Positions 56,683 through 64,000 of a DNA stretch of 64,000 nucleotides are shown piece by piece. The stretch comes from Pseudobdellovibrionaceae bacterium. GTDB taxonomy: Bacteria > Bdellovibrionota > Bdellovibrionia > Bdellovibrionales > Bdellovibrionaceae. The DNA lies in the NCBI GenBank assembly GCA_019637915.1, contig JAHBUV010000001.1, positions 898,565 through 962,564 on the forward strand, in the 5' to 3' direction. Position 1 is the first letter of the stretch; each line of letters starts with the position of its first letter. The position numbers were made by a program, and so were the translations under genes. The notes below the pieces were generated by a model. It had not been told where the DNA came from. It was given only the letters and a program-made list of their open reading frames with translations, and ran no database searches.

Positions 56683-58218
56683 ATGCCGAACGCTTTCGTT
56701 TTCCGAAGCTTGTCCTTGTTTCTCTTGACGGCGGGATTGGGGCTGGGCCATGGCGCCCGCGCCATGACGATCGAGCAATGCGAGCAGGCCGGCGGCGTGG
56801 TGCAGGACGGCCAGTGTTTCGAAGTCGATCAGCCCGCCTCCGCCTCGCGCCAGCCCAGCCAGAATCAGTGCGATTCGAGCTACAAACGCCAATGCGATTC
56901 CAATGTCACCGCGGCTTTCCGGAGCTGCGATAAAAATTCCGTCCAGGCCAAGATCAACTCGGCTCTCCTCAAAGAGGGGAAAGCGGTCGAGAAGGCGCTC
57001 CAAGAGGCGCAAAAAGAAGGCGAGACCAGCATCAAGAAAGCCTGCGAGCAGATGAAGAAGTTCAACGAGAAGGTCCAGAAGACCTTCGCCGACATTCAAA
57101 AGACCTGCACGCAGGCGCGCTCCGTCTGCATGAAGTCCTGCGATCTCCAGCTGCCGGAGGAGTGCGGCGACTTCTCGACGGCGATGTTCAGCAGCGCGCA
57201 AAAATGCGAAAGCTACGACAACGAACTCAAGGTTTTCATCCAAAACCGGAAAGTCGCCCTCATGAGGGCCGAAGACGCCAAACAGTGCGGCCTCTCCATG
57301 AGCGCCTCCAGCGAGGAGAACGGCGACGGCGCCAAAGCCGAGGACACCTCCGCCAAAACCGCCAGCGCCTCCACCTCCGACTCCGGCACCGACAACGCCG
57401 AGAAGAAAAAAGAATCCTCCTTCTTCAACAGCGAGAACATGGGCGCCCTCGCCGGCATCGCCACGGGCTTGATGAGCGCCTTCGGGTCCAACCAAGGGCT
57501 TCAGGACTACACCCAGCAAACCATGATGCCGGCGGAATTGGACGCGGGCTCCTGCCTGCGCCCCGAGAACGTCAACACCTGCGTTTGCAACATGCGTTTC
57601 TGCACGGGCCAGAACACGGCCCCGACCACCTTCGGCCAGATGCTGCCGGGCGGGGGCGCCGAACTGAGCGGCGCCTCGGCGGCGGGGGATCAATTGGATC
57701 TGAGCGGCAGCGGTTTGAGTTTCCCCTCGGGCTTCACGGGCGGTGACAACACCGCGGCGACCGGCGGCGGCGGTTACGCCGGCGGTGGGGGCGGTTTCGG
57801 CGGCGGCGGAGGCGGCGGCAGCTTCACTCCGGATGCCCCGAACCGCGGCGGCGGTTCGCGCCTGTCGGCCGATATCCTCGCCGGCACTCAAGGCAGCGGC
57901 AATGCCCTGCGCCTCGGGGGCGGCGGCGGGACTCTCAACCCCCGCGGCCCGGCCGGGGGCGGCGACGATTCTTCCGACGGCGACGCGATTTCCAAACTGG
58001 ACAGCGCCTTCTCGGACAAACCGAGCATGGCGCAATTCATGCCTCCGGGCGCCGGCAGCCTCGCGCCGGGCGCGGCGGCCCGGGCCGTGGGCGGCATGAA
58101 CGCCGCCGGCGACCGATCCTTCTGCCCGGCTTCGGACGGCTGCGTGCCCTCGGGCTCCAACATCTTCCGGGAAGTGGCGAAGCGCTACCAGAACCTCTCC
58201 CTGACCCTTTACCCTTGA
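56683..58218 (+). CDS. secreted protein: Cys-rich helical N-half, Gly-rich low-complexity C-half
   Basis: The signal peptide is ...LGLGHGARA. The N-half has many Cys and K/E-rich helices. The C-half has runs such as GGGGYAGGGGGFGGGGGGGS. Confidence 0.55.
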   Translation: MPNAFVFRSLSLFLLTAGLGLGHGARAMTIEQCEQAGGVVQDGQCFEVDQPASASRQPSQNQCDSSYKRQCDSNVTAAFRSCDKNSVQAKINSALLKEGKAVEKALQEAQKEGETSIKKACEQMKKFNEKVQKTFADIQKTCTQARSVCMKSCDLQLPEECGDFSTAMFSSAQKCESYDNELKVFIQNRKVALMRAEDAKQCGLSMSASSEENGDGAKAEDTSAKTASASTSDSGTDNAEKKKESSFFNSENMGALAGIATGLMSAFGSNQGLQDYTQQTMMPAELDAGSCLRPENVNTCVCNMRFCTGQNTAPTTFGQMLPGGGAELSGASAAGDQLDLSGSGLSFPSGFTGGDNTAATGGGGYAGGGGGFGGGGGGGSFTPDAPNRGGGSRLSADILAGTQGSGNALRLGGGGGTLNPRGPAGGGDDSSDGDAISKLDSAFSDKPSMAQFMPPGAGSLAPGAAARAVGGMNAAGDRSFCPASDGCVPSGSNIFREVAKRYQNLSLTLYP

Positions 58219-58271
58219 GGCCCGTCCGGAAAACGTTTTACTTCAAAAATCCCCGCCCCTAGAATCGATCC

Positions 58272-59522
58272 ATGCTCCGATCGAAAACCGCCAGCGTGCG
58301 TTTCATCTTCATCACGATCTTCCTCGACGCTCTCGGCATCGGTTTGCTGATCCCGATTTTGCCCGACCTGATCCGGCGTTTTTCCGCGGACCCGGCGGCG
58401 GTGGCGAAGTACTTCGGCTATTTCATCTCGAGCTACGCCCTGATGCAGTTTCTGGCCTCGCCCGTGCTGGGCTCGCTGTCGGACAAATTCGGCCGCCGGC
58501 CGGTGCTGCTGATCTCGCTCCTGGGCGCGGGCCTCGATTACCTGGTCATGGCTTTTTCACCGACGCTCCTGGTCCTCTTCATCGGCCGCATCATCTCCGG
58601 CCTGACCGGGGCGAGCTTCACCGTGGCCTCCGCTTACATGGCCGACATCAGCAACGATGAAAACCGCTCGGTGAACTTCGGCATGATCGGCGCCGCCTTC
58701 GGCCTGGGTTTCATCGTCGGCCCGGCCCTGGGCGGTTTGCTCGGCGCCTCCCACCACACCCTGCCCTTCCTGGCCGCGGCCTTGCTGAATCTGCTGAACT
58801 TCGCGTTCGGCTGGCTCATCCTGCCCGAATCCCTCCCCGAAAGCTCGCGCCGCGAGATCGTGTGGCGGCGCCTGAACCCGTTCAGCTCCCTCGGCCGCAT
58901 CCTGAAGCCGTCGAACATCCTGCTGCTGATCTGGATCTACATCTTCCTGGGGCTGGCCGGCCACGTGCACCCCAGCAACTGGACGCTGTACACGGAATTG
59001 AAATTCCGGTGGACGCCCTTCGAGGTCGGTTTGTCCTTGTCCTTCGTCGGCTTGCTGATGGCCGCGGCCCAGGGCGGGCTCACCCGCGTCGTCATCCCGA
59101 AGCTCGGCGAGTACCGCTCTTTGTTCTGGGGGCTCGTGCTCTACATCCTGACCTTCTTCGCTTTCGCCTTCGCGCCGGCGGGCTGGATGATGTACGTGAT
59201 CATGGTGCTCTCGTCCGTCGCCGGCGTCGCCCCCCCGGCCCTGCAGTCCCTGATCACCAAGCACACGCCCTCCAACGAGCAGGGCGAGCTGCAAGGCACG
59301 CTGGTGAGTCTGATGAGCCTGAGCGCCATCATCAGCCCCGTGATTTACGCCGAGCTCTTCGCGCACTTCACGCGGGCCGACGCCGACCCTTATTTCCCGG
59401 GCGCGGCCTACGTCTGCGCCGGCCTTTTCAGCGTCATCGCCGGGATCCTGCTCCTGGCCCGCGGCCGTCAGAGCACGGACGACGCCCCGGTCCCGACCGT
59501 GATCCGCGGCCCCGGCCATTGA
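58272..59522 (+). CDS. MFS transporter (TetA/TCR-like, 12 TM)
   Basis: 'GSLSDKFGRRPVLL' is MFS motif A. The overall sequence resembles TetA class proteins. Confidence 0.85.
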   Translation: MLRSKTASVRFIFITIFLDALGIGLLIPILPDLIRRFSADPAAVAKYFGYFISSYALMQFLASPVLGSLSDKFGRRPVLLISLLGAGLDYLVMAFSPTLLVLFIGRIISGLTGASFTVASAYMADISNDENRSVNFGMIGAAFGLGFIVGPALGGLLGASHHTLPFLAAALLNLLNFAFGWLILPESLPESSRREIVWRRLNPFSSLGRILKPSNILLLIWIYIFLGLAGHVHPSNWTLYTELKFRWTPFEVGLSLSFVGLLMAAAQGGLTRVVIPKLGEYRSLFWGLVLYILTFFAFAFAPAGWMMYVIMVLSSVAGVAPPALQSLITKHTPSNEQGELQGTLVSLMSLSAIISPVIYAELFAHFTRADADPYFPGAAYVCAGLFSVIAGILLLARGRQSTDDAPVPTVIRGPGH

Positions 59523-59710
59523 AACGCCCCCCGCGCGCGCTTTGAACTTTTTACCCGGGGCCCTTTTCGCCCCGCCGAAGGGCTCCCTCAGGGGGGAACG
59601 GGACGGAACAGTGGTTTCCGCCATAATCCTCTCATCCACGAATAACATCTTGCCCCGCCCCCGATCTTTCCGTAGTTTCGCGGCACTAAAAAAAACATTG
59701 GGAGGCCAAC

Positions 59711-60310
59711 ATGCCGCTGAAAGCTCTATTCCTGACCCTCTTCACGTCCCTGACCTTGGGCGCCACCGCGTGGGCGAACGACGAGATCGAGGAACTCAAC
59801 CCCTACGACGCCGACATCGAAGAGACCCTGCAACGCTTCGACGCCGAGTACGAGCGCGCCACCGGCCTGCCCTCCCACCTGGAAGACGACCTGATGACGC
59901 CGATGCAGGGCGGTTGCTACCGCGAGACCTGCTACATCTGGGCCCACGTCAACAAGGCCTCCCAAACCATGAACGTTTACATTGAAGGCCGCCTGACCTT
60001 CTCGTGGGCGGTGTCCACGGGCCTGCGCGGCCGCACCCCGAACTTCGACACGCACCCGAGCGGTCGCGTCTACGATCGTTACACCTCCACGAAATTCCCC
60101 GGCGGCAACTACCGCGGCCTGGGCAACATGCCCTACGCCGTGTTCATCCGCGGCGGTTTCGCGATTCACGGCACCCCGGAAGGCAACTGGCGCCACCTCG
60201 GCCGCCCCGCCTCCCACGGCTGCATCCGCCTGCACCCGGACAACGGCTACGCCTTCAACCGCCTGGTGAGAAGCGTCGGCGCGCGCCGCGTGTGGATCAC
60301 GGTGAACTAA
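59711..60310 (+). CDS. L,D-transpeptidase (YkuD domain)
   Basis: The SD is GGGAGG and a signal peptide is present. The catalytic motif is 'FAIHGTP......GRPASHGCIRL'. Confidence 0.85.
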   Translation: MPLKALFLTLFTSLTLGATAWANDEIEELNPYDADIEETLQRFDAEYERATGLPSHLEDDLMTPMQGGCYRETCYIWAHVNKASQTMNVYIEGRLTFSWAVSTGLRGRTPNFDTHPSGRVYDRYTSTKFPGGNYRGLGNMPYAVFIRGGFAIHGTPEGNWRHLGRPASHGCIRLHPDNGYAFNRLVRSVGARRVWITVN

Positions 60311-60335
60311 TCTCCTTCACGGGACTTCGATCCGG

Positions 60336-60365
60336 AAAAGGCGCCCTCGGTGAGGGCGCCTTTTT
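60336..60365 (+). terminator. Rho-independent terminator
   Basis: The sequence is aaaaggcgccctc-ggt-gagggcgccttttt. Confidence 0.65.
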
Positions 60366-60509
60366 CATTTACGGCGCAAGGAGTTTCTCCGGGAACATTC
60401 TTTCACCCCGCAAATTGACAGCCTGATCGGGCCGTCCCCATACTGGGGACGGATCCATCGACAATTCATCCTCCGGCCCGTTCCGGAGAACAGAAAGGAC
60501 TCTGTTCTT

Positions 60510-61829
60510 ATGACGACTTCCGTGAAGCTCCGCTTTTGGTCCGGCGTTTCTCTGGCGGGCCTCGCGCTCGCGGCCTGCGCCTCGACGAATCCCTCGTCCC
60601 CGCACCCGGCGCCGGTGAATCCCGCCCAGGTCGAAAACCCCCGGCATCATGTGATCACTCTCAAGGAAGGCGATCGTCTGCCGTCCGCGGCGCCCACCAT
60701 CGTGTGGAAACCCGACACGGTCCGCCTCGACATCAACAACAAGACCCACGTCGCCAACACGACGGCCGCGGTGAAGCAGGTGATGATCTGGGAAGAACTC
60801 GTCAATTACACCTCCCTCGAGTACCGCGACCGCGAATTCGCCGTCAACGGCACCTGCTACGACCTGATCTGCTCCCAGGGCAGCGGCAAAAGCGACCTCT
60901 GGGACAACTACCATCGCGCCTCCCGCGCCGCCAAAGCCGCGGCCCTGGAAAACGCCATCAAGGGCATCGGCGAGGTCTCGGCCAAACAACTCGTCGCCAA
61001 AAACTATTTTTCAACCACGCCGCGCAGCTGGAACGCGTTCGTCGATGAAATCAAGCGCGCCGCCGCCAACGACGTCATCACCAAGAGCGTGCAGACCCAG
61101 GTGACGATCACCTACCGCGCCGAAAACGCCCTGAACCTCGGTTACGGCCCCAACGCCTGCACCGAGCGCGCCTACTCCTGCACGAAATGGATCGTCAAAT
61201 CGGTCGAAGTGCCCGTGGAAAGACAGCGCCTGGAAACCCGTCAGAAAATCGTCTCGCAAAAGAACTTCGATGTTTCCGCCACGATCAGCAACGCCCTGCT
61301 GATGGACGGCGAGAACGAGGCGCTCTCCCTGCGGATCAATGAAAACGGCGTGGTCCTCGATTCCTCCATCGAGGGCAAATTCAACCGCTATGACGTCAGC
61401 AGCTCCCTATCCGGCGACCGCGTCATGGTCAACGTCACCGGCACCCATCGCGTCCTGCGCAACCTGCCCTCCAACGTCGTCCTGAAAGACGCCTTCGAGA
61501 TCGTCAACGACACGCCGGTGTTCGTCGTCGACATCGACCCCGCTTTCCTGCCGAAGCCGCAGGAGGACGAGAACTCGCAGCTCGTCATGGATTACACCGT
61601 GAAAACCTGCAACCCGGGCTGGGTCGGGACCTGCGCCGCTTTCGGCGGCGACCGCCGCACGCAGGCCATCAAGTCCCACGTGCTCTCCGGCCAGCGCACG
61701 ATCATCCCGGTCGAAGTGCCGAAGGGCCGCGCCGCCTGGATCGAATTCACCCTGTCCCGCCGCAACAGCCTGTTCTTCAACGACAAGGCGACCTCGGTGC
61801 GCACCACGGAGTCCGTGAAGATGAAATGA
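60510..61829 (+). CDS. hypothetical lipoprotein
   Basis: The lipobox is 'LALAACAS'. It has coding-like composition and no recognised family. Confidence 0.55.
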   Translation: MTTSVKLRFWSGVSLAGLALAACASTNPSSPHPAPVNPAQVENPRHHVITLKEGDRLPSAAPTIVWKPDTVRLDINNKTHVANTTAAVKQVMIWEELVNYTSLEYRDREFAVNGTCYDLICSQGSGKSDLWDNYHRASRAAKAAALENAIKGIGEVSAKQLVAKNYFSTTPRSWNAFVDEIKRAAANDVITKSVQTQVTITYRAENALNLGYGPNACTERAYSCTKWIVKSVEVPVERQRLETRQKIVSQKNFDVSATISNALLMDGENEALSLRINENGVVLDSSIEGKFNRYDVSSSLSGDRVMVNVTGTHRVLRNLPSNVVLKDAFEIVNDTPVFVVDIDPAFLPKPQEDENSQLVMDYTVKTCNPGWVGTCAAFGGDRRTQAIKSHVLSGQRTIIPVEVPKGRAAWIEFTLSRRNSLFFNDKATSVRTTESVKMK

Positions 61830-61865
61830 CCGCGCCGGCGCCCGCGCCCGGCTCTTTCGAGACAG

Positions 61866-61894
61866 CCCCGATCCCCCGGATCGGGGTTTTTTTT
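61866..61894 (+). terminator. Rho-independent terminator
   Basis: The stem is ccccgatcc-ccc-ggatcgggg, followed by T8. The T-run overlaps the TAA of the convergent kinase gene. Confidence 0.7.
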
Positions 61895-63026
61895 AGCCCT
61901 GCGTGATCTCCGGCCCGTGCCAGGGCAGGAAGAGGTGGAAACAAGTCCGATCCTGGGCCGTGTCCAGCCACAGCCGCGCGTGATTGCGGATCGCCAGGTT
62001 CTGGGAGATCGTCAGTCCCAGGCCCGTGCCCACGCCCACCGCCTTCGTGGTGAAAAAGGGATTGAAGAGTTTTTTCCGGACGGGTTCGGAAATACCGGGA
62101 CCGGAATCGCTGATGGACAGGCAGACGCCGCCCGCGCCCTCGCGGGACGTCAGGCGGATGTGGGGATTCCGCTGGTTCTGCACGGCATCGCGGGCGTTGT
62201 TCAGCAGGTTGATCAGGATCTGGAAGATCTCCGTCGGCCGGCAGTCGAGCGAGCGCTCCGGCTCGTGCAGTTCCACCTCCAGGCGCACGCCCTCGTGGCG
62301 CAGTCGCGCGCCGACGATGTCCAGGGTGGAGTCGATCAGGGCGCGCAACGAAATTCGTTGCAAAGGCTCGGCTTCCCCGCCATGGGACAGCGCCCGCACC
62401 GTTTTCATGATCTTCTCGATGCGGTGACCGGTGGACTCGATGGAGGCGATCATCTGCCGGACGCTGTCGAGATTGGGGTTCGGGACCGAGAGCATCTCGC
62501 GGATCATCTCGGCGCGCCCCAGGATGACGCCCAGGGGATTGTTGATCTCGTGCGTGAGCGCCGCGGACAGCTCACCCAGGGCGGACATCTTGGAGGACGC
62601 CACCAGTTTGGACTGCTGCTCGAAAACCGTCTGCTGGGCCTCTTTGAGGGCGGTGATGTCCTGACGGATCGACAGATACTGATAGGGTTTCCCCTCCGGA
62701 TCCAGGAAGGGGACGATGGTCGTCGCCACCCAGTAGATCTTGCCCGACTTGCTGCGGTTGCAGACCTCGCCCCGCCACACCTCGCCCGAGCTGATGGTGC
62801 GCCACAGGTGCTCGAAGAACTCCGGGCCGTGATGGCCGGAATTGATGACCCGGTGGGTTTGCCCGAGCAATTCCTCTTTGCGGTAGCCGGAGATCTCGCA
62901 GAACTTGTCGTTCACGTAAGTGATGCGGCCGTACCGATCCGTCGCCGCCACGATGGCCGCCTGATCCAGGGCGTACTTCTGGTCCTGAAGCTCTTTCATT
63001 AAGTTTTTATGATCGCGGCCATCCAT
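61893..63026 (-). CDS. PAS-domain sensor histidine kinase (cytoplasmic)
   Basis: The PAS region is '[30 protein letters not shown]'. The H-box is '[11 protein letters not shown]', and the N and G boxes are 'LLNNARDA' and 'DSGPGI...GTGLGL'. The listed ORF extends further 5' only because it is antisense to the regulator gene. Confidence 0.8.
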   Translation of the reverse strand: MDGRDHKNLMKELQDQKYALDQAAIVAATDRYGRITYVNDKFCEISGYRKEELLGQTHRVINSGHHGPEFFEHLWRTISSGEVWRGEVCNRSKSGKIYWVATTIVPFLDPEGKPYQYLSIRQDITALKEAQQTVFEQQSKLVASSKMSALGELSAALTHEINNPLGVILGRAEMIREMLSVPNPNLDSVRQMIASIESTGHRIEKIMKTVRALSHGGEAEPLQRISLRALIDSTLDIVGARLRHEGVRLEVELHEPERSLDCRPTEIFQILINLLNNARDAVQNQRNPHIRLTSREGAGGVCLSISDSGPGISEPVRKKLFNPFFTTKAVGVGTGLGLTISQNLAIRNHARLWLDTAQDRTCFHLFLPWHGPEITQG

Positions 63027-63107
63027 GTCACGAAGGATACTCCGTGGGATGATGGTTGGCACCCTTTTCACGATGCTGTAAGCCAAGGACAGGAACTCGG
63101 AGGTTTC

Positions 63108-64000
63108 ATGGCCCTGATCGCCCTGATTGATGATGATCCGGAAATGCGCTCCATGGTGGAAGACCACCTGCGGGCCTCGGGTTACGAGGTCCGCGCTTTC
63201 GGCCGCCCCACCGAGGCCCTGGCCGCGCTGCTGGCCGGCGATGCCGTTCCGAGCGTGGTCCTCACCGACCTGCAGATGCCCGAGATGAGCGGCATTGATC
63301 TCACCAAACGGCTGAAGGCGAAATTCCCCGACCTGCCGGTCATCCTGATGACCGCCTTCGGCAGCATTGAATCCGCCGTGGATGCCATGCGCAAAGGGGC
63401 CTTCGATTACCTGACCAAGCCCTTCAAACTGGTGGAGCTGAACCTGGTCGTCGAGCGCGCCGCCCTGATGGCGCAGCTGACCCGGGACAACGAGGTGCTG
63501 CGCACGGAGCTGCGCCGGAATTTCTCCAAGGGCCAGCTGATCGGAAAATCCAAGGCCATGACGGAGATCTTCGATCTGCTCGAGCGCGTGGCGCCGGCGC
63601 AGTCCAACGTGCTGATCACCGGCGAATCCGGCACCGGCAAGGAGGTCATCGCGCGCACTCTTCATCAGATGAGTCCGCGCTCGGCGCGGCCTTTCGTCGC
63701 CGTGAACTGCACGGCCATCCCGGAGACCCTGCTCGAGAGCGAGCTCTTCGGCCATGCCAAGGGCGCCTTCACCGGCGCCGATCGCCGCAAGCCCGGCCTC
63801 TTCGAGGAAGCCCAGGGCGGCACCTTGTTCCTGGATGAGATCGGCGACATGCCCCCGGCTCTGCAGGCGAAACTCCTGCGGGTCCTGCAGGAGCGCCGCA
63901 TCCGCCCCCTGGGGGAAACCAAGGACCTCGACATCGACGTGCGGGTCATCGCCGCCACCCACAAAAACCTGAAGAAGGGCATTCAAGAGGGGATTTTCCG
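63108..64000 (+). CDS. sigma-54-dependent (NtrC-family) response regulator, 3' end outside window
   Basis: This gene is not in the ORF track because it has no stop inside the window. The SD is GGAGG. The receiver domain has 'VVLTDLQMPEMSG'. The AAA+ core has 'ITGESGTGKE' and the GAFTGA loop 'ESELFGHAKGAFTGA', plus 'TLFLDEIGDM'. Confidence 0.9.
   Translation, partial: MALIALIDDDPEMRSMVEDHLRASGYEVRAFGRPTEALAALLAGDAVPSVVLTDLQMPEMSGIDLTKRLKAKFPDLPVILMTAFGSIESAVDAMRKGAFDYLTKPFKLVELNLVVERAALMAQLTRDNEVLRTELRRNFSKGQLIGKSKAMTEIFDLLERVAPAQSNVLITGESGTGKEVIARTLHQMSPRSARPFVAVNCTAIPETLLESELFGHAKGAFTGADRRKPGLFEEAQGGTLFLDEIGDMPPALQAKLLRVLQERRIRPLGETKDLDIDVRVIAATHKNLKKGIQEGIF

Noticed and set aside
57720-57960. 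GGC/GGT-rich repetitive DNA as a possible tandem repeat or CRISPR-like array.
   Set aside because: It is in-frame glycine-codon low complexity within a CDS, with no defined repeat-spacer periodicity.
63057-63073. Candidate sigma-54 promoter (TGGCACC-CTTT-TCAC) upstream of the response regulator.
   Set aside because: The -24 GG element is good, but the -12 element lacks the conserved GC (TTGC).
63027-63986. Upstream extension of the PAS kinase ORF (to 697 aa).
   Set aside because: The extension is antisense to the NtrC-type regulator, whose receiver and AAA+ motifs are unambiguous. The kinase homology begins just after the Met at 63026.
1-64000. Search by eye for tRNA/rRNA genes, transposases, integrases, prophage blocks, toxin-antitoxin pairs and known defence systems.
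   Set aside because: I recognised none of these. All intergenic regions over 150 bp were read, and none shows a cloverleaf-like tRNA or rRNA signature. This is a visual inspection only, and tRNAscan, Infernal or defence-finder runs would be needed to be definitive.

Overview
This is a GC-rich window (by eye well above 60% GC, with a strong GC3 bias) that reads as ordinary bacterial chromosome rather than an obvious island. I support about 55 protein-coding genes. I found no rRNA, tRNA, CRISPR array, transposase or integrase.

**Gene content**
- Metabolism and respiration: a cydAB-type cytochrome bd oxidase; several aldo/keto reductases, SDRs and dehydrogenases; and an arginase-family enzyme.
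- Sulfatase neighbourhood: a formylglycine-generating enzyme (FGE) gene and an arylsulfatase gene lie about 3 kb apart.
- Transport and lipid: two back-to-back ABC exporter half-transporters, cardiolipin synthase, and TerC, MarC and MFS membrane proteins.
- DNA metabolism: rmuC and a UmuC-like Y-family polymerase.
- Signalling: a GAF histidine kinase, plus a PAS histidine kinase divergent from a truncated NtrC-type regulator.
- Envelope-directed proteins: many secreted or lipoprotein genes, including M14 carboxypeptidase, an HExxH protease, an M15A-like peptidase, an L,D-transpeptidase, an ENPP-type phosphodiesterase and a 1237-aa fibre-like repeat protein.

The secreted-hydrolase load, the fibre protein and 'FQNC'-type lipoboxes resemble Bdellovibrionota-like or other predatory lineages. 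That placement is inference only.

**Most notable observations**
1. A family of about 55-bp near-perfect palindromes (five copies) sits exactly at gene 3' ends, and its arms supply the stop codons of the flanking genes.
2. The giant tail-fibre-like secreted protein carries an internal near-identical 113-bp duplication and a Cys-rich C-terminal tip.
3. A tightly packed operon couples a catalytically intact FGE to an outer-membrane (OM) barrel and three small membrane proteins. One of these carries a 7 x 7-residue tandem amplification of the DUF202 motif.
4. An orphan RecA/Sak4-like P-loop ATPase is flanked by low-GC structured spacers.
5. Several unusual fusions or couplings are present: phosphoribosyltransferase (PRT) with an erythromycin-esterase-like domain, YihY/BrkB with DUF748, and a TRASH-like Cys-rich protein translationally coupled to the GAF kinase.

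I cannot point to a recognisable defence, toxin or secondary-metabolite system. Function calls rest on motif-level recognition in the supplied translations, not on database searches.
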